Virus record (IMG/VR): IMGVR_UViG_3300009157_000002
Span: 9,949-73,948 of that record
From: a virus
Direction: 5' to 3' (one strand)
DNA length: 64,000 bases
In this document: in pieces, positions 27,084-34,798 of the stretch
How the letters are laid out: each line of letters opens with the position of its first letter
Numbering within the stretch: position 1 is the first letter of the stretch
Notes under the pieces: model-generated
Told to the model about the DNA's origin: nothing
Seen by the model: the letters and a program-made list of their open reading frames with translations, nothing else
Database searches by the model: none
Translations under genes and position numbers: made by a program

Positions 27084-27289
27084 CCGACCCAAGAATCATA
27101 GAGGCACGCAGACTTTTAATGGAAGTCACTAAAGAGCAACGAGCTAAAAGAAAAAAAGAATCGGATAATACTTTGTGTATGTGCGGTCATAAGTTTAAAG
27201 ATCATTCCATTAGGTATAGTGTTAATTATACTGCTGGAATGTGCGGGAAGTGTGATTGCCAAAATTATTTAGAAACAAATAAAAAATGA
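27080..27289 (+). CDS. Small Zn-binding protein
   Basis: CMCGH..H..CGKCDC. Confidence 0.6.
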   Translation: MTDPRIIEARRLLMEVTKEQRAKRKKESDNTLCMCGHKFKDHSIRYSVNYTAGMCGKCDCQNYLETNKK

Positions 27290-27486
27290 GCGAGGTAAGC
27301 GAGCAAATAATTTTTTTACGAAAAACAAAAAAAATATCACAGGCAAAACTTGCCAAGGTATTAGGGATAAGTCGGGGATACTATATAAGAATGGAGAGTA
27401 ATGACGACCTGTTTACAAAAAAAAGGATCAAACAGATCGGGGAGTATTTTGGTAAAAAAGTTTTAATATTATTTATAGATGAGTAA
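27286..27486 (+). CDS. XRE-family HTH protein
   Basis: LRKTKKISQAKLAKVLGISRGYYIRME. Confidence 0.8.
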   Translation: MSEVSEQIIFLRKTKKISQAKLAKVLGISRGYYIRMESNDDLFTKKRIKQIGEYFGKKVLILFIDE

Positions 27487-28111
27487 ATACCAATTAACAG
27501 AACAACTTAACGGGCGCGTTGATGTGTGTTTAAAAGAAAAAAGGCATAGCTATATAAATACCATAAGGGCTGGATTGGATCACTATATTGAAGAATATAA
27601 AAGAGCCTTGAAGTATGAAGAACCTCAAAATGTAGCCTGCGGCTTTTACGGATTGGTTGATGAAAAGTTAAAAGAACAGAGTGTATCGGATTTTGCAAGC
27701 TGTAAAAAATCCTGTAATTTTTGTTGCAGAATAGCCGTTAATATAAGCAAAGAAGAGGCTTATCTATTAAGAAATGAATTTAAGGATATAGTTAATGAAA
27801 AGCAGTCACAACTAGCTATTCAGAAATCCTGTAAAACTGCGGAGGATTGGAATAAACTCTCTTATAAGGACAAGGCTTGTATTTTTCTTGGAGATGATGG
27901 AGCTTGCAGAGTTTACCAATACAGACCTATTAGTTGTAGAAAATATCATGTTGCATCACCAGCAGAACGGTGTGATAATGAAATAAATCCTGAAGGCATA
28001 GTAGCTGGTTTAGTTCACGACGAAGTTGAAATTATCGCTTCCGCTATTATTAATGTAAGCGAAGTTAAATTACTTCCTGAAATGATTTTAAAAGCAGAAC
28101 TAGAAAAATGA
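27479..28111 (+). CDS. YkgJ-family (CxxCxxCC) Fe-S/Zn cluster protein
   Basis: SCKKSCNFCC..CIFL..CRVYQYRPISCR. Confidence 0.85.
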   Translation: MSKYQLTEQLNGRVDVCLKEKRHSYINTIRAGLDHYIEEYKRALKYEEPQNVACGFYGLVDEKLKEQSVSDFASCKKSCNFCCRIAVNISKEEAYLLRNEFKDIVNEKQSQLAIQKSCKTAEDWNKLSYKDKACIFLGDDGACRVYQYRPISCRKYHVASPAERCDNEINPEGIVAGLVHDEVEIIASAIINVSEVKLLPEMILKAELEK

Positions 28112-28136
28112 CACACACTTAAAATTAGTTAAAAAA

Positions 28137-28355
28137 ATGGAAACAGTAAAAAAAAAGACGGTAAAAAAGCAATGGCGAAAAATAGGTAGCGATATCCTAT
28201 TTTATGTTAGCGGAATCTTGTTTATGTATTACGCCTTTTTAACAAAAGACGTTCATAGTACGGTTGTGTCTGGATTTAGTCTATCCATATTCACGATTAC
28301 CACAATCTATTTTGAAATTATAGACGCTTTAATAAAATGGAAAAATAATGGATAA
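28137..28355 (+). CDS. Small membrane protein
   Basis: Two hydrophobic segments. Confidence 0.55.
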   Translation: METVKKKTVKKQWRKIGSDILFYVSGILFMYYAFLTKDVHSTVVSGFSLSIFTITTIYFEIIDALIKWKNNG

Positions 28356-28734
28356 ACTAAAAAATTATTTTAAAAGACTTTTTAGGAAATATAAGCAAGA
28401 AAAATCTAAAGATTCATTCGAAGACCTGGTTAAAGGGTATCGTAAACGAAAAGATTTATCTGAGAAGTATTTACGATGGGCGATAATTGCGAATATGATC
28501 TTCCAATTTTTATCTCTCGTTACAATGCTGTATTATGGATTATGGAAAAAGGACATCTGTTTAACTATAATTTGGGGAGTTAATTATGTATATAGCCATA
28601 TTACTGATACCAGGCATGGTATTTATAAAAAGATAGAGCAATCAGATGAGGCTAATGAATTTTTAATTACAAAAGTATATGAATTACAAATAGAAAAATT
28701 AAAAAAAGACGATGAAAAAAACAACCGATTTTAA
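28348..28734 (+). CDS. Membrane protein
   Basis: Two hydrophobic segments; resembles the preceding gene in layout. Confidence 0.55.
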   Translation: MDKLKNYFKRLFRKYKQEKSKDSFEDLVKGYRKRKDLSEKYLRWAIIANMIFQFLSLVTMLYYGLWKKDICLTIIWGVNYVYSHITDTRHGIYKKIEQSDEANEFLITKVYELQIEKLKKDDEKNNRF

Positions 28735-28951
28735 GATTGGAACACCGGTATGTTATATTTCAAAAACAGCACTTAAGGGAGAAAGCGGAAAAATGGTTGA
28801 AACAAAAAATCTTGGCAGGGTTACATCCGTTAATGATAAATTTGTTTTTGTTCGATATAATAGCAGCAATACATCACAGGCTACAGACCCAGAGGATCTG
28901 TTTTTTTTAAACAACAGACCTGATTTAGTAGCTTTAATTAAAGAAAAATAA
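28712..28951 (+). CDS. Small SH3-like phage protein
   Basis: GRVTSVNDKFVFVRY..QATDPEDL. Confidence 0.65.
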   Translation: MKKTTDFKIGTPVCYISKTALKGESGKMVETKNLGRVTSVNDKFVFVRYNSSNTSQATDPEDLFFLNNRPDLVALIKEK

Positions 28952-28952
28952 C

Positions 28953-29330
28953 ATGCAATACTCACCAAAATTAAAAATTGCGATGGAGGAAATCAAGGCC
29001 ATCCTAAAAAAACATGACATAGCTGCCTCCGTTGTCCTTCATACACCAGGGCATAGCGAATACCTGCTAAAAATCAATCCATCGTATTCCTGCGCTTTTT
29101 GTGAAGGGAATCATATACGAATTAGAGCCAAATTACAGCAAGATTTTAATGGAGACAAAAATGCCTGGTCACAAAAAGTAAGTGATACTTATAATATGAT
29201 TGATTTATTGGGAAAGGTTAGCGGTGAAACTGCTTTATCGCTTTTTGATATTATGGACCTTTTAAATAAAGTCGTAGAGGCAGAGAGCTTTGACGGAGGT
29301 CATACTTCCCATACCACACAAAATAATTAA
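28953..29330 (+). CDS. Hypothetical protein
   Basis: 125 aa, in operon. Confidence 0.65.
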   Translation: MQYSPKLKIAMEEIKAILKKHDIAASVVLHTPGHSEYLLKINPSYSCAFCEGNHIRIRAKLQQDFNGDKNAWSQKVSDTYNMIDLLGKVSGETALSLFDIMDLLNKVVEAESFDGGHTSHTTQNN

Positions 29331-29331
29331 C

Positions 29332-29658
29332 ATGGAAGGCATGAAAAAAAGTACAAATAAAGAACTGGTCGAAGAGCTAACTGCTCTTAATGTTAACGGA
29401 AAATATGACCATATTATAAAAGAGGCAATGGATGGTGAGTACCATGACTTTAAGAATGAAAAATACGTATGCGGCAAAGTACAATTAGTTAATGAACTTT
29501 CTTTATTTCCGGAGCTTTCCAGTATCCGCGCCGCTGTTATTGATGGTAAATACGATGAATCTCCCGATGAAGAAGATAAAAAAAAGATGCGCCAGGAAAT
29601 TATTGAAAATACATCGCCTGAAAAAGTAGATGCATTTTTAAAAATGCTAGGGCTATGA
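29332..29658 (+). CDS. Hypothetical protein
   Basis: GEYHDFK..VIDGKYD; start probably MEGMKK. Confidence 0.6.
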   Translation: MEGMKKSTNKELVEELTALNVNGKYDHIIKEAMDGEYHDFKNEKYVCGKVQLVNELSLFPELSSIRAAVIDGKYDESPDEEDKKKMRQEIIENTSPEKVDAFLKMLGL

Positions 29659-29900
29659 TGATTAGCGATTATAAAGAATTATTGGCTGGAGTAACCTGTA
29701 GATGGTGTGATCACAAGGTCGAGTTAACCGGACCAGTAGAAGGCTCTAATCATTCCGGCGGCTTTGTTGTAGAAGGATACAAAGAAAAACAATGGTTGTT
29801 TACCGTTTGTCCAGGTTGCGGTTATGGATGGTCCCTAATTAAACTGGCACGAATGATTAACAAAGGAGAAGATAAAAAAATCACAAAATTTTTAATATAG
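29655..29900 (+). CDS. Zn-ribbon protein
   Basis: CRWC..CPGCGY. Confidence 0.6.
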   Translation: MMISDYKELLAGVTCRWCDHKVELTGPVEGSNHSGGFVVEGYKEKQWLFTVCPGCGYGWSLIKLARMINKGEDKKITKFLI

Positions 29901-29906
29901 ATTAAG

Positions 29907-30155
29907 ATGGGAAATATCGTAACCGCTCCAAGCGAAAAAATGAATGATTTAGAATTAAGTTTTAAAATATCTTATAAAACTGGCAAAGAAGAAACTTTGG
30001 TGTTTAATATAAGAACCAATATTAAACCTGACGACATGGAGGTTGTAATGGAGAACTGGTTGGTAAGAACGGAAGAGTACACCGTAGAGTCCCTGGTTGA
30101 ATACATAAACAGTAAATCAAAATTTGGTTTTATTGCATTAGCAATACGTAAATGA
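29907..30155 (+). CDS. Hypothetical protein
   Basis: 82 aa, in operon. Confidence 0.55.
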   Translation: MGNIVTAPSEKMNDLELSFKISYKTGKEETLVFNIRTNIKPDDMEVVMENWLVRTEEYTVESLVEYINSKSKFGFIALAIRK

Positions 30156-30307
30156 AATTGAAAAAGAAAACAATTTTTAGTCTTGTTATAATTATTATTT
30201 TAATTGGAACGGCTAAGTACACACCTCCAACCATAATACTTCCGATGGCTTGTTTTGTATTCGGTTTTTTAGCAGCAAAAGGACTTAAGAATTAATAGAT
30301 ATAAAAA

Positions 30308-30694
30308 ATGAGACCACTTATTATTAATCAGCAGATCATAGACATAATACAGGGAATTATTAAGCATGCAGAGCGCAATCCATTTTCGATGGATGATTTG
30401 TTAGATAGGATGAATAAACAAGTACCCCAGCCTGGAGACATGGATGAATTTAGATGTATTATTCCATTTGGTTATCAGGTTGTTTTCTCTATTGAGGATC
30501 AGGTTCGATCTAAAGTACGGCATCTTTCTGTATCAGTTCCAGTCAAAGGAGCCTTGCCAAGCGTTGAATCGGTAAGAGAAATTATAACCCTATTCGGGTT
30601 TAAAAATAAACTTGAAGACTGTATGGTAAAAACATTCGACAATTTTGAAGACTGCGAATACGGGGGGGTTGATGTTTTAGAAATTATTGAATAA
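30308..30694 (+). CDS. Hypothetical protein
   Basis: VVFSIEDQ..RHLSVSV..LP motif. Confidence 0.65.
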   Translation: MRPLIINQQIIDIIQGIIKHAERNPFSMDDLLDRMNKQVPQPGDMDEFRCIIPFGYQVVFSIEDQVRSKVRHLSVSVPVKGALPSVESVREIITLFGFKNKLEDCMVKTFDNFEDCEYGGVDVLEIIE

Positions 30695-30751
30695 TCAGAT
30701 GATAAAAAACTCATAATTTAAACCAAAAACTAAACTAAAAAACAGAAAAAA

Positions 30752-31693
30752 ATGGAAAGAATTGCAGTAAAAACAAATCATCAAGAAAAAAATGGCTCAC
30801 CTGTAATAAGGAAGATTTTTAAATTAAATTCAGATGGGAGTGTTTCACTCGTAATGGCGAAATTTCTTAAATTGGAACCATTGCCAACGCTGGCATTTGA
30901 AGAGATTACTCCAGACATCGCAAAAAAAATGTTAGATCATGGTAGAGGCCGCAATAGACCGATAACAAAATCTAATCTTGCTTCCATTACAACAGATATG
31001 CTTGCCGACAAATATGCTATTACTGGTGAGACTGTTATTGTAGCAGTAAGTGGAAAACTACTGGACGGCCAACATCGCTTATATTCTATTATTGAATCTA
31101 AGAAATCACAGGTGATTGCAGTTGCAAGGAATATCCCAGATAATTCGTTTCAATTTATTGATACAGGAAGAACACGAAGAGCCTCTGATGTGTTAGGAAT
31201 TCAAGGAATTGATAAACCAACAAGGGTCGCGGCTGTCGTTAAATTTATTATCTATTTTCAAAATGCACGCTATGGTTCAACTGTTAAAGGTGTGGGCTCC
31301 GGAGATAAATTTCGTGTAAACAATGATCAGGTGGCTAAATTTGCAATCAAACATGAAAAATCTATTTTTGAATCTCTTCCGGTTGGTTTTCATAAAGGGG
31401 TTAAGCTTGTTACACCTGTATCGTTATCCGCACTTCATTATATATTTAAGCAGATAAATGAACAACAAGCCGATGATTTTTGCTGGAAGGTAACCGTTGG
31501 TGAAAGCTTAACAAAAACCAATCCGATACATTTATTACGAAATGAACTTATTGCAGATATGCGCTCGAAGAGACCAATGAGAGGACTTGAAAAAATAGGT
31601 CTGATATGCAAAACATGGAATTTGTACCGGACAAAGAAAACAGTTTCCGTGTTAGAGTGGAATCCTAAAGAAGAGTTTCCGAAACCAATATAG
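30752..31693 (+). CDS. ParB/Srx-fold (DGQHR) protein
   Basis: ITPDIAKKML..NRPI..LLDGQHRL..IDTGRTR. Confidence 0.8.
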   Translation: MERIAVKTNHQEKNGSPVIRKIFKLNSDGSVSLVMAKFLKLEPLPTLAFEEITPDIAKKMLDHGRGRNRPITKSNLASITTDMLADKYAITGETVIVAVSGKLLDGQHRLYSIIESKKSQVIAVARNIPDNSFQFIDTGRTRRASDVLGIQGIDKPTRVAAVVKFIIYFQNARYGSTVKGVGSGDKFRVNNDQVAKFAIKHEKSIFESLPVGFHKGVKLVTPVSLSALHYIFKQINEQQADDFCWKVTVGESLTKTNPIHLLRNELIADMRSKRPMRGLEKIGLICKTWNLYRTKKTVSVLEWNPKEEFPKPI

Positions 31694-31872
31694 AAAATGT
31701 CAGAAGGATATAAATTAATCCCGATGGCTGATATTCATCCGGAGATACGCAAGATTGCAGTAGAATGGGGAGAGAACGCCCCCTACTACTTTCATCTATG
31801 GGACAAACACAAACTAGCCTCTGATATACAAAACGCATGTTTAATAATGATTAAAGAAAACAATAAAATAAA

Positions 31873-32268
31873 ATGAAAGACGATAAAAAAACAGAAGAAT
31901 CTAAAACACACCCTGACTATCCAGGCTATTTATTCTATAATGATGGCAGGGTACAAAACATTAAAGAACCGGAGCTCTACAAATTCAAGTCAAAACACAC
32001 CATGCACTCTGGAAAATTCGTGACACAATTTACACGCAAAAGTGGTCTTATCGCTGTTGGAATATTTAATAAAAATAACATACGGACTACTGTAAAATTA
32101 GCAAAAGTTATAGCGGAGCTTTTTGTTGAAAATCCGGAAGGAAAAAAATTTGCAGTCCCTAAAGACGGAAACAAAAGCAACATCCACTATACCAATTTGG
32201 AATGGAGTGATGCCAAAACTTCAATTGAAGAAAATATTAAAAAATGGGATAAGTTTTTAAAGGAATAG
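31873..32268 (+). CDS. Degenerate NUMOD4/HNH homing-endonuclease-like protein
   Basis: YPGYLFYNDGRV..VIAELFVENP..KDGNKSNIHYTNLEW; the catalytic His is absent. Confidence 0.65.
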   Translation: MKDDKKTEESKTHPDYPGYLFYNDGRVQNIKEPELYKFKSKHTMHSGKFVTQFTRKSGLIAVGIFNKNNIRTTVKLAKVIAELFVENPEGKKFAVPKDGNKSNIHYTNLEWSDAKTSIEENIKKWDKFLKE

Positions 32269-32271
32269 AAA

Positions 32272-32523
32272 ATGGAAAAAGATTTTAAAGCGTTTAATCA
32301 CGGAAAAAAAAAGATAGATCTAAGCGAGTACCATCCAATACTAATGCGACCAATCGAAATTCATTTAAAAGAAGACGGCAGTATTACTAACGAACCCACC
32401 CTGACAATTGTTATGATACACCCTTCAATGGACTATTTTGTAATAGCAGGAGAGGTCTCATTGAAGATGTTTAATGATGGTATTAAAGACATTGGATACG
32501 AACTAAAAAAAATTGAAACATAA
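32272..32523 (+). CDS. Hypothetical protein
   Basis: 83 aa, coupled. Confidence 0.55.
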   Translation: MEKDFKAFNHGKKKIDLSEYHPILMRPIEIHLKEDGSITNEPTLTIVMIHPSMDYFVIAGEVSLKMFNDGIKDIGYELKKIET

Positions 32524-32897
32524 TGGAACTAACAGTAGAAAATTTAGAATCGGTCGTAAGTGATTGCTTGTTTAAAAAAGATGAAGATAGAGGCAATTAC
32601 GTAGAAGGCAGCGGAGTTATACTTCGCTTTGGCTTTCATCCGGAACGATTGGAAAAACATAGAGCAGATATTGAGGACATGCTTAACCAATTACCCGATG
32701 AGTTTAAAAAGAATAGTGGCGGCGGCTACTCTTTTGGAATGGCTTATAGAAGAAAGGACGGAGTTCATTGGGGCGAACATCGGCATATTGATACGTTACT
32801 TTGCCTGGGTATAGCTATTGGTAAAGCCAGGACACAATTTCCAAGGGATATGTGGAATATATTTCCTGGAGGTTTACCTTATTTTGTTATTAATTAA
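32523..32897 (+). CDS. Conserved phage hypothetical protein
   Basis: FGFHPERLE..GGGYSF..WGEH..PGGLPYF. Confidence 0.7.
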   Translation: MELTVENLESVVSDCLFKKDEDRGNYVEGSGVILRFGFHPERLEKHRADIEDMLNQLPDEFKKNSGGGYSFGMAYRRKDGVHWGEHRHIDTLLCLGIAIGKARTQFPRDMWNIFPGGLPYFVIN

Positions 32898-32907
32898 AAA
32901 TTAAGCC

Positions 32908-33249
32908 ATGTATTATATATTAGATGGGAAAACACCGAAGCGTGTTGATTTGATGGAATGGGCTAAGTTTATAGAAACCAACTGTAATCGTCATATTGGC
33001 GATACTCTTTTGAAGGTGAATAGGCATGTAAGAGTACGCATATCAACCATATTTTTAGGACTTGATTATTCTTCCTTTATTGGAGGACCGCCAATACTTT
33101 TTGAAACCATGATATTCGGAATTAAGGATGATAGCTACCAATGGCGATACACCACCTGGGAAGCGGCAGAGAAGGGCCACAAGTATGCTGTAAACCTTGC
33201 TAAAAACCATATTAAATGGATGCAAAAAACAATTAAGACCAAGGGTTAA
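32908..33249 (+). CDS. Conserved phage hypothetical protein
   Basis: STIFLGLD..PILFETMIFG..RYTTWEAAEKGH. Confidence 0.75.
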   Translation: MYYILDGKTPKRVDLMEWAKFIETNCNRHIGDTLLKVNRHVRVRISTIFLGLDYSSFIGGPPILFETMIFGIKDDSYQWRYTTWEAAEKGHKYAVNLAKNHIKWMQKTIKTKG

Positions 33250-33479
33250 TCCTCCTGCTCTTCCAAATTTTTTTCCTCTTCTTTCATATCCCTGGTTTCC
33301 TTCATCTGCTTATAAGCAATATTCGAAAGTATCCGTATTTCTGTTCTAAGAACAAGGTATTGTTTTCTTAGCCGGGTAAGGTTTACGTAACTGTTAGCCA
33401 CGTCAACCGAAGCTGCCGCATGATCCATAGCCACAATAAGTTTGATAAGCTCTTTGTGTTTTTCTAAAAAGAATCCCAT
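33246..33479 (-). CDS. Hypothetical helical protein
   Basis: 77 aa; divergent from the HTH gene across the double box. Confidence 0.55.
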   Translation of the reverse strand: MGFFLEKHKELIKLIVAMDHAAASVDVANSYVNLTRLRKQYLVLRTEIRILSNIAYKQMKETRDMKEEEKNLEEQED

Positions 33480-33502
33480 ATCTATTTTTAGACAAAAATA
33501 AC

Positions 33503-33561
33503 TTATTTAGAATGATTCTAAATAATGTATTATATTTGTTATTTAGAATCATTCTAAATAA
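33503..33561. promoter_or_regulatory. Tandem 23-bp operators (copies 2 and 3) flanking a TATATTTG -7 box
   Basis: Boxes at 33503-33525 and 33539-33561; -7 at 33531; reverse -7 at 33493-33500. Confidence 0.8.
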
Positions 33562-33566
33562 GAGAT

Positions 33567-33836
33567 ATGGAAACAGCTACAGAAAAAAAGCCCTGGGTAT
33601 CAGAAGGCATAACAGAAAAAGATCTCTGCAATCTCACCAAATATTTTCGAACGCATATCTTAAAAGTAGAAGTTGCTGACTTCGCAAAAAAGGCGGGAAT
33701 TCCGAGTTATCGAATTTCAAATTGGGAAGCACATAAAGTCACCTCAACACCATCGGATAAAATCGGACTAGCCGCAATACGAAAGATCGCAGACGCTTAC
33801 GGATATGATGCTGAAATAGTTCTCACTAAAAAATAA
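33567..33836 (+). CDS. XRE-like HTH regulator
   Basis: VADFAKKAGIPSYRISNWE..IRKIADAYG. Confidence 0.7.
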   Translation: METATEKKPWVSEGITEKDLCNLTKYFRTHILKVEVADFAKKAGIPSYRISNWEAHKVTSTPSDKIGLAAIRKIADAYGYDAEIVLTKK

Positions 33837-33840
33837 TCCA

Positions 33841-34152
33841 ATGATCCCAGTAAGTTATATCGATAAAAGCTCTTCAGTAAACGCTTTAATCACTGGCAAA
33901 ATAGCCATTTCATCGGACGGCGTAACTTGGGAATATCTCACTACTGACGACATGAGTATTGGAAAAATTTTTTCCGGAGCTCCCGGATTAAACTATCCAT
34001 TTCTTACAAAAACTATTGTAGTACTAAGATACACAGATGGTCCTTCTTACGCCTTTGACATTCAGACCGTAAAAAACCAACCCACCTGGCAGGGAGGCAC
34101 TCAGGCCGAATTAAAGATAGCAGTTGACGACATCGCAGCATGGTTGAACTAA
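33841..34152 (+). CDS. Hypothetical (possibly virion) protein
   Basis: 103 aa; NQPTWQ..AVDDIAAWL. Confidence 0.6.
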   Translation: MIPVSYIDKSSSVNALITGKIAISSDGVTWEYLTTDDMSIGKIFSGAPGLNYPFLTKTIVVLRYTDGPSYAFDIQTVKNQPTWQGGTQAELKIAVDDIAAWLN

Positions 34153-34328
34153 GCGAAGGAAGAGGATTCCTGTTTTTTATAAAGAACAAAAAAAATGCCC
34201 GTTCACCGGACATTCACTTGCGCTTGATCGAAGGTGGAAAGGAAGTAAAAATGGTAGGTTGGAAAAAGCTTGATCAAAACAAAGATGTCTACTACACACT
34301 GGAAAAATCTATTGAAAAACCCAAATAA
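34140..34328 (+). CDS. Small hypothetical protein
   Basis: KNKKNARSPD..VGWKK. Confidence 0.5.
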   Translation: MVELSEGRGFLFFIKNKKNARSPDIHLRLIEGGKEVKMVGWKKLDQNKDVYYTLEKSIEKPK

Positions 34329-34363
34329 GTTACTTACAAAAGAAAGAGTAAACACCTAGCATT

Positions 34364-34798
34364 ATGGAACTAACGAAACAGGAAGCACAGAATTTATTTA
34401 ACGACATTCAACCATTAACCAAAGCACCCATTGGAGCGCTTTACCCAATATCGGCGGTTGTTGCAGAAAATTATATGATATTAAAACGCGGTGTTATAGA
34501 AGATATAAAGCGCCGCCACGCTAAAATTATATTTGAACTGGCAAAAAAAGATGAGAAAGGTAAACCCATAGAAAACCCTAAAGGTGTTTATGATTTTGCC
34601 GATAACACGGAAGAAGCCGAAAAACGGTATACTGAAATGATGGATGAAGTTATTGACATCAAGTTTGCAACCATTACCGAACGTTATGCGTTAGAATGCA
34701 AAGCTCCTTCCGAATATTTATTTCCGCTTTACAAATACATCATTATACCAACGCACCCACAAACGGTTATCTCAGAACCTCAACGGGTACAAGTATAG
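34364..34798 (+). CDS. DUF1617-like phage protein
   Basis: AKKDEKGKPI..YTEMMDEVIDI pattern. Confidence 0.55.
   Translation: MELTKQEAQNLFNDIQPLTKAPIGALYPISAVVAENYMILKRGVIEDIKRRHAKIIFELAKKDEKGKPIENPKGVYDFADNTEEAEKRYTEMMDEVIDIKFATITERYALECKAPSEYLFPLYKYIIIPTHPQTVISEPQRVQV

Noticed and set aside
30752-31693. Dnd phosphorothioation system (DGQHR motif)
   Set aside because: No dndA/C/D/E-like neighbours; this is a stand-alone ParB-fold phage protein.
31873-32268. Active homing endonuclease or intron
   Set aside because: The catalytic histidines are replaced, and it is free-standing rather than interrupting a gene.
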